Part shown: positions 20,028 to 28,258 of the stretch, in pieces
How the letters are laid out: the number at the start of each line of letters is the position of its first letter
Position numbering within the stretch: the stretch's first letter is position 1
Source: a virus
Virus record (IMG/VR): IMGVR_UViG_3300033388_004609
Location: 22,349 to 86,348 of that record
Length of the DNA: 64,000 nt
Direction: 5' to 3' (one strand)
The notes under the pieces: model-generated
Told to the model about the DNA's origin: nothing
The model's input: the letters and a program-made list of their open reading frames with translations, nothing else
The model's database searches: none
Position numbers and translations under genes: made by a program

Positions 20028-20101
20028 GTGACTGATCCCGAAGTGGTCGAGGGGCCGGATTGTGATTCCGGTATCAGTGGGTTCGAGTCCCACCAGTCAC
20101 C
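20028..20101 (+). tRNA. tRNA-His(GUG)
   Basis: Acceptor GTGACTG/CAGTCAC, C73, CCGGA-TTGTGAT-TCCGG, GTGGG-TTCGAGT-CCCAC. Confidence 0.88.
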
Positions 20102-20105
20102 CATT

Positions 20106-20177
20106 GGCCTTGTGGTGTAATGAATAGCATGTAACGCTTCGAATGTTATGGTTCTGGTTTGAATCCCGCCAAGGCCT
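20106..20177 (+). tRNA. tRNA-Arg(UCG)
   Basis: Acceptor GGCCTTG/CAAGGCC, TAACG-CTTCGAA-TGTTA; weak T-stem. Confidence 0.78.
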
Positions 20178-20184
20178 CTCTATT

Positions 20185-20258
20185 GTCCCTTTAGCCCAAT
20201 TGGTAGAGGCATCAGGTTTAAGCCCTGTGTAGTCTGGGTTCGAATCCCAGAAGGGACA
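20185..20258 (+). tRNA. tRNA-Leu(UAA), short variable arm
   Basis: Acceptor GTCCCTT/AAGGGAC, A73, loop TTTAAGC, CTGGG-TTCGAAT-CCCAG. Confidence 0.88.
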
Positions 20259-20264
20259 CACAAT

Positions 20265-20338
20265 GCTAAAGTGTGCTAACTGGCAAAGCAGCGATACTTA
20301 GAATATCGTGGATGTGAGTTCGAATCTCACCTTTAGCA
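20265..20338 (+). tRNA. tRNA-Leu(UAG), short variable arm
   Basis: Acceptor GCTAAAG/CTTTAGC, A73, CGATA-CTTAGAA-TATCG. Confidence 0.9.
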
Positions 20339-20344
20339 CAAAAT

Positions 20345-20416
20345 TGTCCTTTAGTATAATGGTCAGTACACAAGGCTTTGATCCTTGAAATCCCGGTTCG
20401 AGTCCGGGAAGGACAT
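20345..20416 (+). tRNA. tRNA-Gln(UUG)
   Basis: Acceptor TGTCCTT/AAGGACA, CAAGG-CTTTGAT-CCTTG, CCCGG-TTCGAGT-CCGGG. Confidence 0.92.
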
Positions 20417-20484
20417 CTATACCTATCTTAAATATAATATATAAACACTATTTTAACAAACTCTCCGAGTGTAAAGTTGTTAAT

Positions 20485-20640
20485 CACCCACTATAAAAAC
20501 ACTCCCCACCCATAAAATTACATTAACGTCTCGGCCAAACAAACACCCACCCACACAAATACCCCCACCCTTTACTGTAACCCCCGTAAACACCCCCACC
20601 CCCTTTACATTATACCCCCCAATACCCCCATACCTCATCC
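20485..20640. repeat. C-tract (minus-strand G-tract) repeat region
   Basis: More than ten C3-C6 runs with recurring ACCCCC/CACCC units in an otherwise very AT-rich genome. Confidence 0.7.
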
Positions 20641-20855
20641 AACTAAAAATTCTGTGAGGGTACAGGATGTCGGGTACCACCTCATATGAACCCCTACACG
20701 GTTCGGCTCCGCCGGGATGGGCGGGTGGCAAATCGTTTTGGCTTGCAATTATATACTCATATTTAGAAAAAACTTTTATTGTGTACACTATATAATATAT
20801 GGTGTGCAATTTTTATAATTACTTACTATTATTTATTAATTAAATTTAATTTGTT

Positions 20856-21260
20856 ATGACAGATCAAGAAATTAAAACAGCTATCAAAGAAATGAAAGCT
20901 AAAATTAAACACGCGGAAGACAATCCAAATGTATTGACAGGTGCGCCAACTATTCCGGACGGTTCATATGTAGCAACCTTTGTATTGAATAAAGATGTGC
21001 CAACCTTTGAAGTAACACCATTACCAGGTACGAAATTTTCTAAATCATCTGTTGCAATGGACTTAACAGCGGTTGAGAGTGGAGATAAGTTACCCAAACA
21101 GGACGTTTCCTACAATACTACATTGAAAGAAATACTCTTAAATGCAAAGTATTGGAACCAGAAATTCATGGTACATACTGAAGGGCGTATATCCTCAAAG
21201 AATAATCCTTATCAGGTTATTATCTTTGATGGTGTGCTAGAAACTGCCGGAGTTGAATAG
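20856..21260 (+). CDS. Hypothetical protein (first gene of the rightward block)
   Basis: Clean ORF followed by a terminator. Confidence 0.7.
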   Translation: MTDQEIKTAIKEMKAKIKHAEDNPNVLTGAPTIPDGSYVATFVLNKDVPTFEVTPLPGTKFSKSSVAMDLTAVESGDKLPKQDVSYNTTLKEILLNAKYWNQKFMVHTEGRISSKNNPYQVIIFDGVLETAGVE

Positions 21261-21277
21261 TAATCACAAATGACAAA

Positions 21278-21312
21278 ATAGGTAGGTGGTAAAACATCTA
21301 CCTGTTTTTTTT
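21278..21312 (+). terminator. Intrinsic terminator
   Basis: ATAGGTAGGTG-GTAAAA-CATCTACCTGT followed by a T tract. Confidence 0.75.
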
Positions 21313-22042
21313 AAAAAAATAAGTTAATCTTTGACTAAAGCACAAGCTAAAATATGTTTGTCTCCACGTACTGTAGACTAACAAATTTACACGGCGCTAG
21401 TATGTCTTTTTTATTTTTCAATTTTTCATTAAAAAGGACTAAAGGAAAATAAGACAATTTTATTAAGTAATTAATAATCAACAATAAAACAAAATAAGCT
21501 ACAAAATAACTACTTTACACCTATATATATAAGGCATAATTAAGGACAATTTATCGTAGATAATCAACTATTTTTATTAGCTGATACCACTAAAAAGACT
21601 AATGGCAAAAGCTCGCAAACCCCTATGTTCACTGGTCTTTGCGCTAACTAATATATTGACTGCTGGCTTTTATTTTCTTATAGTATATATATTAGTATAA
21701 GTAGTAGTAGATAAGATTGATAACAATAATAATAGTGATTTTTCTATATTTTTATTGTTTGGTAAAGTAGAACATTTTATATTTTTTTACGAATATTTAA
21801 GAAAAAGTATAACTAATTCCGTTATTTGAGGGAGCAAAGATTTTAAGTCTATCTTATAGTTATCAAACTAAATTATACAATTATGAAAACATTAATAATG
21901 ATTACAAGGTACATTAACCGTCTTATAGACGATAATTGGAATACTGAACGTAAAAGAATATTAATTGAAAAACTATTAAAAAAACATCTGAACTCTTCCG
22001 AGAGTAGAACTTTTTATTATTAATCACTTAAACTAATCAATC

Positions 22043-22288
22043 ATGGAAACTTTATTATTAACTTTTGTATTAAGTAACACTTCACTCATCATCCTTGTAA
22101 GCATATTATGGTACGTTTTAGGACTACTTTATGTTTTCTTGGTAAAATACCATAGCGATGGTATAATAAGCCTGTGTGATCTTGTATTAAGCCTATTAAC
22201 AGCTTTTCTTGGTCCTCTTATCATTTTTATTTATTTAATGATTAAATACGAATGGTTTGATAACATTATAATTTATAGAAAGAAATGA
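22043..22288 (+). CDS. Small membrane protein
   Basis: Two hydrophobic helices. Confidence 0.55.
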   Translation: METLLLTFVLSNTSLIILVSILWYVLGLLYVFLVKYHSDGIISLCDLVLSLLTAFLGPLIIFIYLMIKYEWFDNIIIYRKK

Positions 22289-22560
22289 AACACACTAAAG
22301 GAGAATGGAAAATTGATAAAGGCATAAGTTATTATTTTGTGAAATCCGGAGAAAACCGTATTGCAATGATTGATAGTTTAGAAGGTTCTGCACTAATAGA
22401 ATATAAAGCAAATGCAAAACTTATTGCTGCTGCTCCTGAATTATTAGAAGCTCTTAAAACAATTAAAGGAGCTTTTTATAGTGATGGGGAATCTTATAAA
22501 GAACAAGTAGATGACTTAAAAGCAATAGCAAATGAAGCAATCAAAAAAGCTACACAATGA
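22285..22560 (+). CDS. Conserved phage hypothetical protein
   Basis: HT.G.W...ANAKLIAAAPELLEAL, a motif common in phages. Confidence 0.7.
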   Translation: MKHTKGEWKIDKGISYYFVKSGENRIAMIDSLEGSALIEYKANAKLIAAAPELLEALKTIKGAFYSDGESYKEQVDDLKAIANEAIKKATQ

Positions 22561-23284
22561 AAATAACAACTAAAAATGAAATAAGGAAGTTTGCTACTAA
22601 ACGTGGTGAAACATCACATTATAGCGGTAAGCTAAGAAAGTTTTTCTTCCGTAAATTCAGTAATCCATCAATGATTAATATTCCATTTAATCAAGTTCGC
22701 CACAAATCACATCTAAGTAAACAACAGCTCACACCAAGACAAGAGCTGGTTCGTAAAAGGAAAGGAAAATGAAATGTATCTTAAATTTATTAAATTTTTA
22801 AAAAGGCATGAAGCTTTTACGGAATTTAAAAAAAGTTGTAAAAAATATCATGGTCCTAGTAAAAAAACCGTGAAAGATATTTGTGATGAACGGTGGCCAA
22901 AATATTACCTTTTCCTTGCTTTCCCTTGGGCCAAGTCTAATAAAGGTTATAGTTTTTGGAGTAATTTAAATGAAAAATGGAAGAAATTATTATGAGAAAA
23001 GCAATGGAATCTTGCGTATTAGCAGTTAATAAGTACCTAGAAGATAAAGTAGTGAAAATGACTGAGAGTGAACTCCTATCTAATATGCATCCCGAAGAAA
23101 GAGAATCATTTAATAATAGAATATATATTAATTCATTCAAAAAAACAGAAAGGATAAACCAATGAAAACAAAAAGCATTTACAAATGGATCTTTTTATTA
23201 TATACAACATTTTTCTTAATAGCAACAGCTATAAGTATAGTTTTGCAAATAATAAAATAATACTTTATCTTTAGCAAGGTAAAT

Positions 23285-23586
23285 GGGGCTGACAGGTTTT
23301 GATTTATTGTAGTAAGTAATTAATGCAAGCAGTGGTAAAACCCGGGAATCACTTTAAACAACTCGGGGAATAAACAAAAGGCAATACCATAAGTACGCCT
23401 GTTGCAAATGAGCTTAAGTTAGCTGCATAGCAACCGGGAATGTTAAGATGCCTGGGAACAAAAAGAATTAACAGCTTTTTTGTTTTATTTTTTTCATAAT
23501 TTTAGTTTAGGTGAATACTCATAAAGCTTGTAAACATTAGTTAAATACACAATGAAAACAAAAGGGTTCGATTCCCTTCGGCTCCA
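23285..23586 (+). ncRNA. ssrA: tmRNA; tag peptide (A)GNTISTPVANELKLAA* at 23380-23430
   Basis: 5' GGGGCTGA...GGTTTTGA and 3' GGGTTCGATTCCC-TTCGGCTCCA with G3-U70; pk1 (AGTGGT/ATCACT, CCCGGG/CTCGGG); tag ends LAA-stop. Confidence 0.92.
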
Positions 23587-23629
23587 CTACATAAATTACC
23601 ATTTAAATAATCACTTTATTAATTTTATA

Positions 23630-23660
23630 AGAGAGTAGCAGTTCTGTTACTCTCTTTTTT
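23630..23660 (+). terminator. Intrinsic terminator after tmRNA
   Basis: AGAGAGTAGCAG-TT-CTGTTACTCTCT followed by a T tract. Confidence 0.75.
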
Positions 23661-23681
23661 ATCCACTAAACTATAAGTATT

Positions 23682-23945
23682 ATGAAAAAAACAATTAGAT
23701 TATTTTGCTCGACCAAAGAGAAAGCAGAACAGAATTTGAAAAAACTCTCTCTTGGTCAACTACAAGCTATGATCGAGGATCAGAGTTTTGTAGATGTAAT
23801 TACTTTTAATAGCGAAAAAGAATATCAAAATGCTAAATCTTCTTTAACTAAAAGGTATAATCTCACAAATGCTAAACAAGTCCTATTAGTTATAAACCAT
23901 GCTCAGAGGACATTTAAGAAAGAACTGGAGGTATGTGATGTTTAA
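23682..23945 (+). CDS. Hypothetical protein
   Basis: AT-rich start context. Confidence 0.55.
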   Translation: MKKTIRLFCSTKEKAEQNLKKLSLGQLQAMIEDQSFVDVITFNSEKEYQNAKSSLTKRYNLTNAKQVLLVINHAQRTFKKELEVCDV

Positions 23946-24162
23946 GGCAGGATCAAAGACATTAACTGGATTTGAGGTCTTAGGACCTATCTATGGCTTT
24001 CAAGTAGTTAATGATGTAGACTATGAAGAATTCGTTAAAAAACCTTGGGAAAAGAACAAATTAAAGATTCTTAAGAACCGATACCAGAAACAATGTCGTG
24101 AAGAAGGTAAACAATACAAAGGGTTGTCAAATAAACACTTAGTAGCTAAAATTAACTAAATT

Positions 24163-24579
24163 ATGAATAATAAAGAAAGAAGTATAGTTGCTTGCAAAAA
24201 ACAAGCTAATAAATATCGCAATCCTAAAGTAGGTGATGAATTTTTCAACTGTGAAACTTGCTATATGTGTTTTGTACATCATTCTAAAAATAGACGTAGT
24301 TGTGCAGGTTGTCCTTTAGCCACCATAAATTATGGTAGTTTTGAATGTAAGAAATTTGCTACTTATGAAAAAGCATCAACAGCTCTTTTTAGAGCCAATG
24401 GCTTTTACATGGAACATGAACAAAAAATCACACACGAAACACCTATCAGTGAATTATCCGAAGCTTTTGAGAAAAGAGCAAAATTTTATGATTGGCTTGG
24501 TATAGAACTTAAAAAATATCCATCTAAACAATTTACTAAAAAAGGATGGAAAGACTTTAATCTTGATATTAATTTGTAA
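24163..24579 (+). CDS. Cys-rich hypothetical protein
   Basis: CETCYMC...CAGCPL...C. Confidence 0.6.
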   Translation: MNNKERSIVACKKQANKYRNPKVGDEFFNCETCYMCFVHHSKNRRSCAGCPLATINYGSFECKKFATYEKASTALFRANGFYMEHEQKITHETPISELSEAFEKRAKFYDWLGIELKKYPSKQFTKKGWKDFNLDINL

Positions 24580-24597
24580 AAGAAAAATTTAATTTAT

Positions 24598-24628
24598 ACC
24601 CTTGGGAGATAATCCCAAGGGTTTTTTT
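24598..24628 (+). terminator. Intrinsic terminator
   Basis: ACCCTTGGGA-GATAA-TCCCAAGGGT followed by a T tract; the next ORF really starts at ATG 24650. Confidence 0.75.
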
Positions 24629-25191
24629 AACTTTATATTATCGAAAAAAATGAAAATAAATTATCAAACAATAATAGATTTAGGTTTTGAAAGAGAAGAT
24701 ATTAACGATTCTAATTTTTATGATCAATATGGATTTCAATACTTTGTTGTAACTAAAAAACTAGACAAAAGACTTCATCTCGATTGGGATTGTAATACCG
24801 GAACTGTTACTATGATAAGATTGAATAAGGAACATTTTATAATAGGTAAAATGCAAATGGAAACATTAGAGGATGTAAAACATATTATTGAATTTTTTAA
24901 AAATAATTAATTATGAACAATAAAAAGAAAATACGAATTATTAAGCACGAATTAATGGAACCTTACTTTATACAAGTAACTGAAAATTCCTACGATACAT
25001 GTAAATTGGTTAATAGTAAAGAAGGCAAGGTATCTAAAGCATTATCTTTTCATTCAAGCGTTACAACAGCTCTTAAAGACATAATAGACCGCAAAAGCAA
25101 AGAATTTGAAGGAGAAATTTACTTATCAGAGTATGTTAAGAAACTTGAGAAATTAAATAATCAAATTTTAAATATTAATAACTAAAAAATC

Positions 25192-25578
25192 ATGAAAATA
25201 TATTATGCAAAATCGAAACAAGTATCAAAACAACAAGCAGAAAAAGAACTTGAGTTTTTAACAAACACATTTAAAGAATCAACCATCTCTTATTATAAAG
25301 ATGGACCTTATGATCCTAAAGTATTAGATAGCTCAGATATGCTTATAGTCACTTCTACCGACTACAAATTTTTAGTGGGTAGAGGTATAGCAAATCAGGT
25401 AATAAGTGCTGAAAACGCCGGAAAACCTATTTATATACTCGATAAAGATAATGAAGAAGGATTTTGTTTCAGACTTTATGATGGATATGATATTGTAGAC
25501 CATAAAATATGGACAGATGGATACGTAAAAATTCATCCTGGAGAAATAATTAACATCCATAAATTATCAGTAAAATGA
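25192..25578 (+). CDS. Nucleoside deoxyribosyltransferase/TIR-like fold protein
   Basis: MKIYYA...SDMLIV...VGRG...A...GKPIY pattern. Confidence 0.45.
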   Translation: MKIYYAKSKQVSKQQAEKELEFLTNTFKESTISYYKDGPYDPKVLDSSDMLIVTSTDYKFLVGRGIANQVISAENAGKPIYILDKDNEEGFCFRLYDGYDIVDHKIWTDGYVKIHPGEIINIHKLSVK

Positions 25579-26027
25579 CAATAGAAAAAGATAAGTTAAA
25601 AGCATTTATTCATAACCTATGGATAAAGAGTCGATACTCATTTAATGAACAAACTGCACAAAAAGAATTGGATACTTTAATTGAAGAATTACCTGTTATT
25701 CACAAAATAACTACTCTAGAAGATTTATTAAATTATATAACAAATTACTTCCAACAAGATATATCTAATATATGCTCTTATTCAATGAAAGGAGAATATG
25801 TTAGAGTAAAACAAATTTATTGTTATATGGCAAGGCAACTATTTACAAGGACTTCTTTAGGTACAATAGGTAAAACAATACGTATTGACTATGACCATTC
25901 AACAGTATTACATGGTATAAGAACTATAGAAAATGAACTGAATAATGATAAATTTTTACGAAAAGATATAAAATTATTATTTAATGGACTTAAAATAGTG
26001 AGAAATACCGAAAGTGAAAAAAAATAA
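25575..26027 (+). CDS. DnaA C-terminal HTH domain protein
   Basis: KQIYCYMARQL...SLGTIG.....DHSTVLHGIRTIE. Confidence 0.8.
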   Translation: MTIEKDKLKAFIHNLWIKSRYSFNEQTAQKELDTLIEELPVIHKITTLEDLLNYITNYFQQDISNICSYSMKGEYVRVKQIYCYMARQLFTRTSLGTIGKTIRIDYDHSTVLHGIRTIENELNNDKFLRKDIKLLFNGLKIVRNTESEKK

Positions 26028-26493
26028 ACAATGCTCTATTAAAGGTTGTACTAATATCACATTTTCGAAAGATAAATGTTTATATCATTATAGAATGGGT
26101 TTAAAGCCTCTTAGACGAACTCCATTAAAGCATGGAGATACTCGTATTGCTAAACGATCGAAGAAACGTCAATATGAAGAAGATATACTTTACAAGGAAG
26201 CCAAGAGAATACGCAAGAGAGAGCTTATCTTACTAAACAGATGGTTTTGCTTGTTTTGTGGTAAAAAGCTCCCTCAGTGTCCTACTTGGCACCATACCAG
26301 AGGTCGGGATGGAGAACTTTTAATTAAAAAAGAATTTCTTTATCCTGCTCATTTTAAATGTCATGTTACTCAATACCATCAATTGCCAATTAGTAAAATA
26401 CCATGGTGGAATAATTACGTTAAACGTATAAAAGTATGGGATCCGGAATTGTATAAAAAGGAACTAATTAAAATAGACAAAGCAAATGACTAA
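26014..26493 (+). CDS. HNH-like Zn-binding protein
   Basis: CSIKGC...C..H; CLFCG...HHTRGR...CH....H. Confidence 0.55.
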   Translation: MKKNKQCSIKGCTNITFSKDKCLYHYRMGLKPLRRTPLKHGDTRIAKRSKKRQYEEDILYKEAKRIRKRELILLNRWFCLFCGKKLPQCPTWHHTRGRDGELLIKKEFLYPAHFKCHVTQYHQLPISKIPWWNNYVKRIKVWDPELYKKELIKIDKAND

Positions 26494-28258
26494 AAAACAA
26501 AATATAACATCTGACTTCGATATTGATAAAGTACCACCTCAAAATATAGAAATGGAAATGAACGTTCTTGGATTAATGATAATGTATAAAGATGTAGCAC
26601 TAAAATTATGTATGAGAATGAAGCCAGTATATTTCTACATAGATACACATCAGAAAATATTCCAAGCAATATTGGATCTCATTAATAAAGGTAGAGGAGG
26701 AGTTGATCTCTTAACAGTACAAGAACAACTTAAAAAAAATAATAATCTTGATATAATAGGTGGCCCGCATTATTTAACAAGTTTAACCAGCAATGTTACA
26801 GGATCAGGAAATGCAGATATTTATTCGATGGTTGTAACAGAAGAATATTGGAAAAGAGAATTAATAAGAATAGGGAGTGAAATGAATAATAAAGGATTTA
26901 ATAATTCTTTAGATCCTCTCGATATTGCTGAAGATGCAGAAAAAGAATTGAGGGAAATATTTAATGTTACCGATACTCACAAAAATTCATTTCACGAAGC
27001 TCTCGAATCAACAATTACTGATATTCGAAGAAAAGCACAAGGAGAAACATCAGCATATCTTAAAACCGGTGATAAAGCTCTTGATAAAGAAGTATCGTTA
27101 AGAAGAGGTTTTGTAGTTGTTTTAGCTGGCGCAGAAGGCTCGGGGAAAACAAAATATGTTATCCATCTTACAAGGGGAATGTTAGATATTAAAGAAAATA
27201 ATTTGTGCGTGTTATGGTTTACTATGGAAGATGACAGAAAACAAATAATAAGAAGTTTTATTTCAATGGATACTAAACTAACCACTAAAGAACTACAAAG
27301 CATCAATTATACACTTACACAAGGTGACATAACAAAAATAGATGATGTCAGTCATGGCTTTTTTGAATATGATATAGAATTCATTGATCGGCAAACAAAT
27401 ATTCATCAAATAATATCACAATCAAAAAGATTTGTTGATGAGCGAATAAACAAAGCACCATTAATCATAATAGACAATTTGGGATTAATAGAGGTTGAAT
27501 CAGGTTTTACACCTGTCGAAAGAGATGATTATCTTACCGGTAAAATAAAGGACTTATCAGCCGAGTTAGATGCTTGTATTATACTTGTACATCATTTTAA
27601 TAAAGAAGCTTCAAAAAAAGCTAACATACGTGAAGGATATCGACCAAGAAAAGATCATATAAAAGGATCAACAAGAATACTCGATTATGTTCAACAAGCA
27701 TTACTTGTAAATTTACCAAGAAAATATAAAGATCTTGTTTACGAAGAGAAAGACAAACAAATAATAATGCCTGTACTTACTAAAATGGATGAAGAAGCAT
27801 TTTTCGAGCATTTCTGGCCACTTAATCCTAAAGGTGATAGCTTTACTAAATCATTAGCTGATGTACCTAAAGCTACTTGGAATGAACTTTTAACAACAGT
27901 CAGACATAAGAAAACAATTAAAGGAAAGCCTATCACTGCAGGATTTATACTTAAAAAATATATTGAATATATAAATTTTATTAATGATACAAATGCTGAT
28001 CGGGAAAAGAAATTCCACAGTCAAAAGATAAGTATTTATCAATTTCTAAAGAAAGGTAAATACAATGAAAGTTTCGCACCCGAAAAATCATCTAAAAGCT
28101 TTTATTTATATGGTGGTAACCCAAAGTTAAAAGATAAAATAGAAGAATTATTTATTGTTGAAGCTGTTAAAAATAGAGATGGTGGTACTACTGATGACCA
28201 AGTGATATTTAGATATTTTGGAGATCTTAATTATAACATATTCACAGAGATCCCATGA
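26486..28258 (+). CDS. dnaB: Replicative DnaB-like helicase
   Basis: N-terminal PPQNIEME..VLG...FY...HQKIF...GG..YL; Walker A AGAEGSGKT, FTMED, IIIDNL, KNRDG. Confidence 0.85.
   Translation: MTKKQNITSDFDIDKVPPQNIEMEMNVLGLMIMYKDVALKLCMRMKPVYFYIDTHQKIFQAILDLINKGRGGVDLLTVQEQLKKNNNLDIIGGPHYLTSLTSNVTGSGNADIYSMVVTEEYWKRELIRIGSEMNNKGFNNSLDPLDIAEDAEKELREIFNVTDTHKNSFHEALESTITDIRRKAQGETSAYLKTGDKALDKEVSLRRGFVVVLAGAEGSGKTKYVIHLTRGMLDIKENNLCVLWFTMEDDRKQIIRSFISMDTKLTTKELQSINYTLTQGDITKIDDVSHGFFEYDIEFIDRQTNIHQIISQSKRFVDERINKAPLIIIDNLGLIEVESGFTPVERDDYLTGKIKDLSAELDACIILVHHFNKEASKKANIREGYRPRKDHIKGSTRILDYVQQALLVNLPRKYKDLVYEEKDKQIIMPVLTKMDEEAFFEHFWPLNPKGDSFTKSLADVPKATWNELLTTVRHKKTIKGKPITAGFILKKYIEYINFINDTNADREKKFHSQKISIYQFLKKGKYNESFAPEKSSKSFYLYGGNPKLKDKIEELFIVEAVKNRDGGTTDDQVIFRYFGDLNYNIFTEIP

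Noticed and set aside
19702-20104. Track ORFs 19702..19896(-) and 19910..20104(-)
   Set aside because: Shadows of the promoters, leader peptide and tRNAs on the opposite strand.
20185-20338. The two tRNAs containing TTA in the loop read as ochre suppressors
   Set aside because: With a 7-nt loop the anticodons are UAA and UAG (Leu), with A73 and Leu-type D-arms.
20480-20809. Gly/Val-rich ORF (109 aa, minus strand)
   Set aside because: A by-product of the G-tract repeats; its composition is unlike the real genes.
21992-22005. ACTCT-TCCG-AGAGT hairpin as an N4-like virion RNAP promoter
   Set aside because: Single short occurrence inside a 46-aa ORF (21883-22023); no convincing repeats upstream of other early genes.
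27750-28140. Intein in DnaB
   Set aside because: No Cys/Ser block A, no HN/HQ-nucleophile junction and no endonuclease motif.
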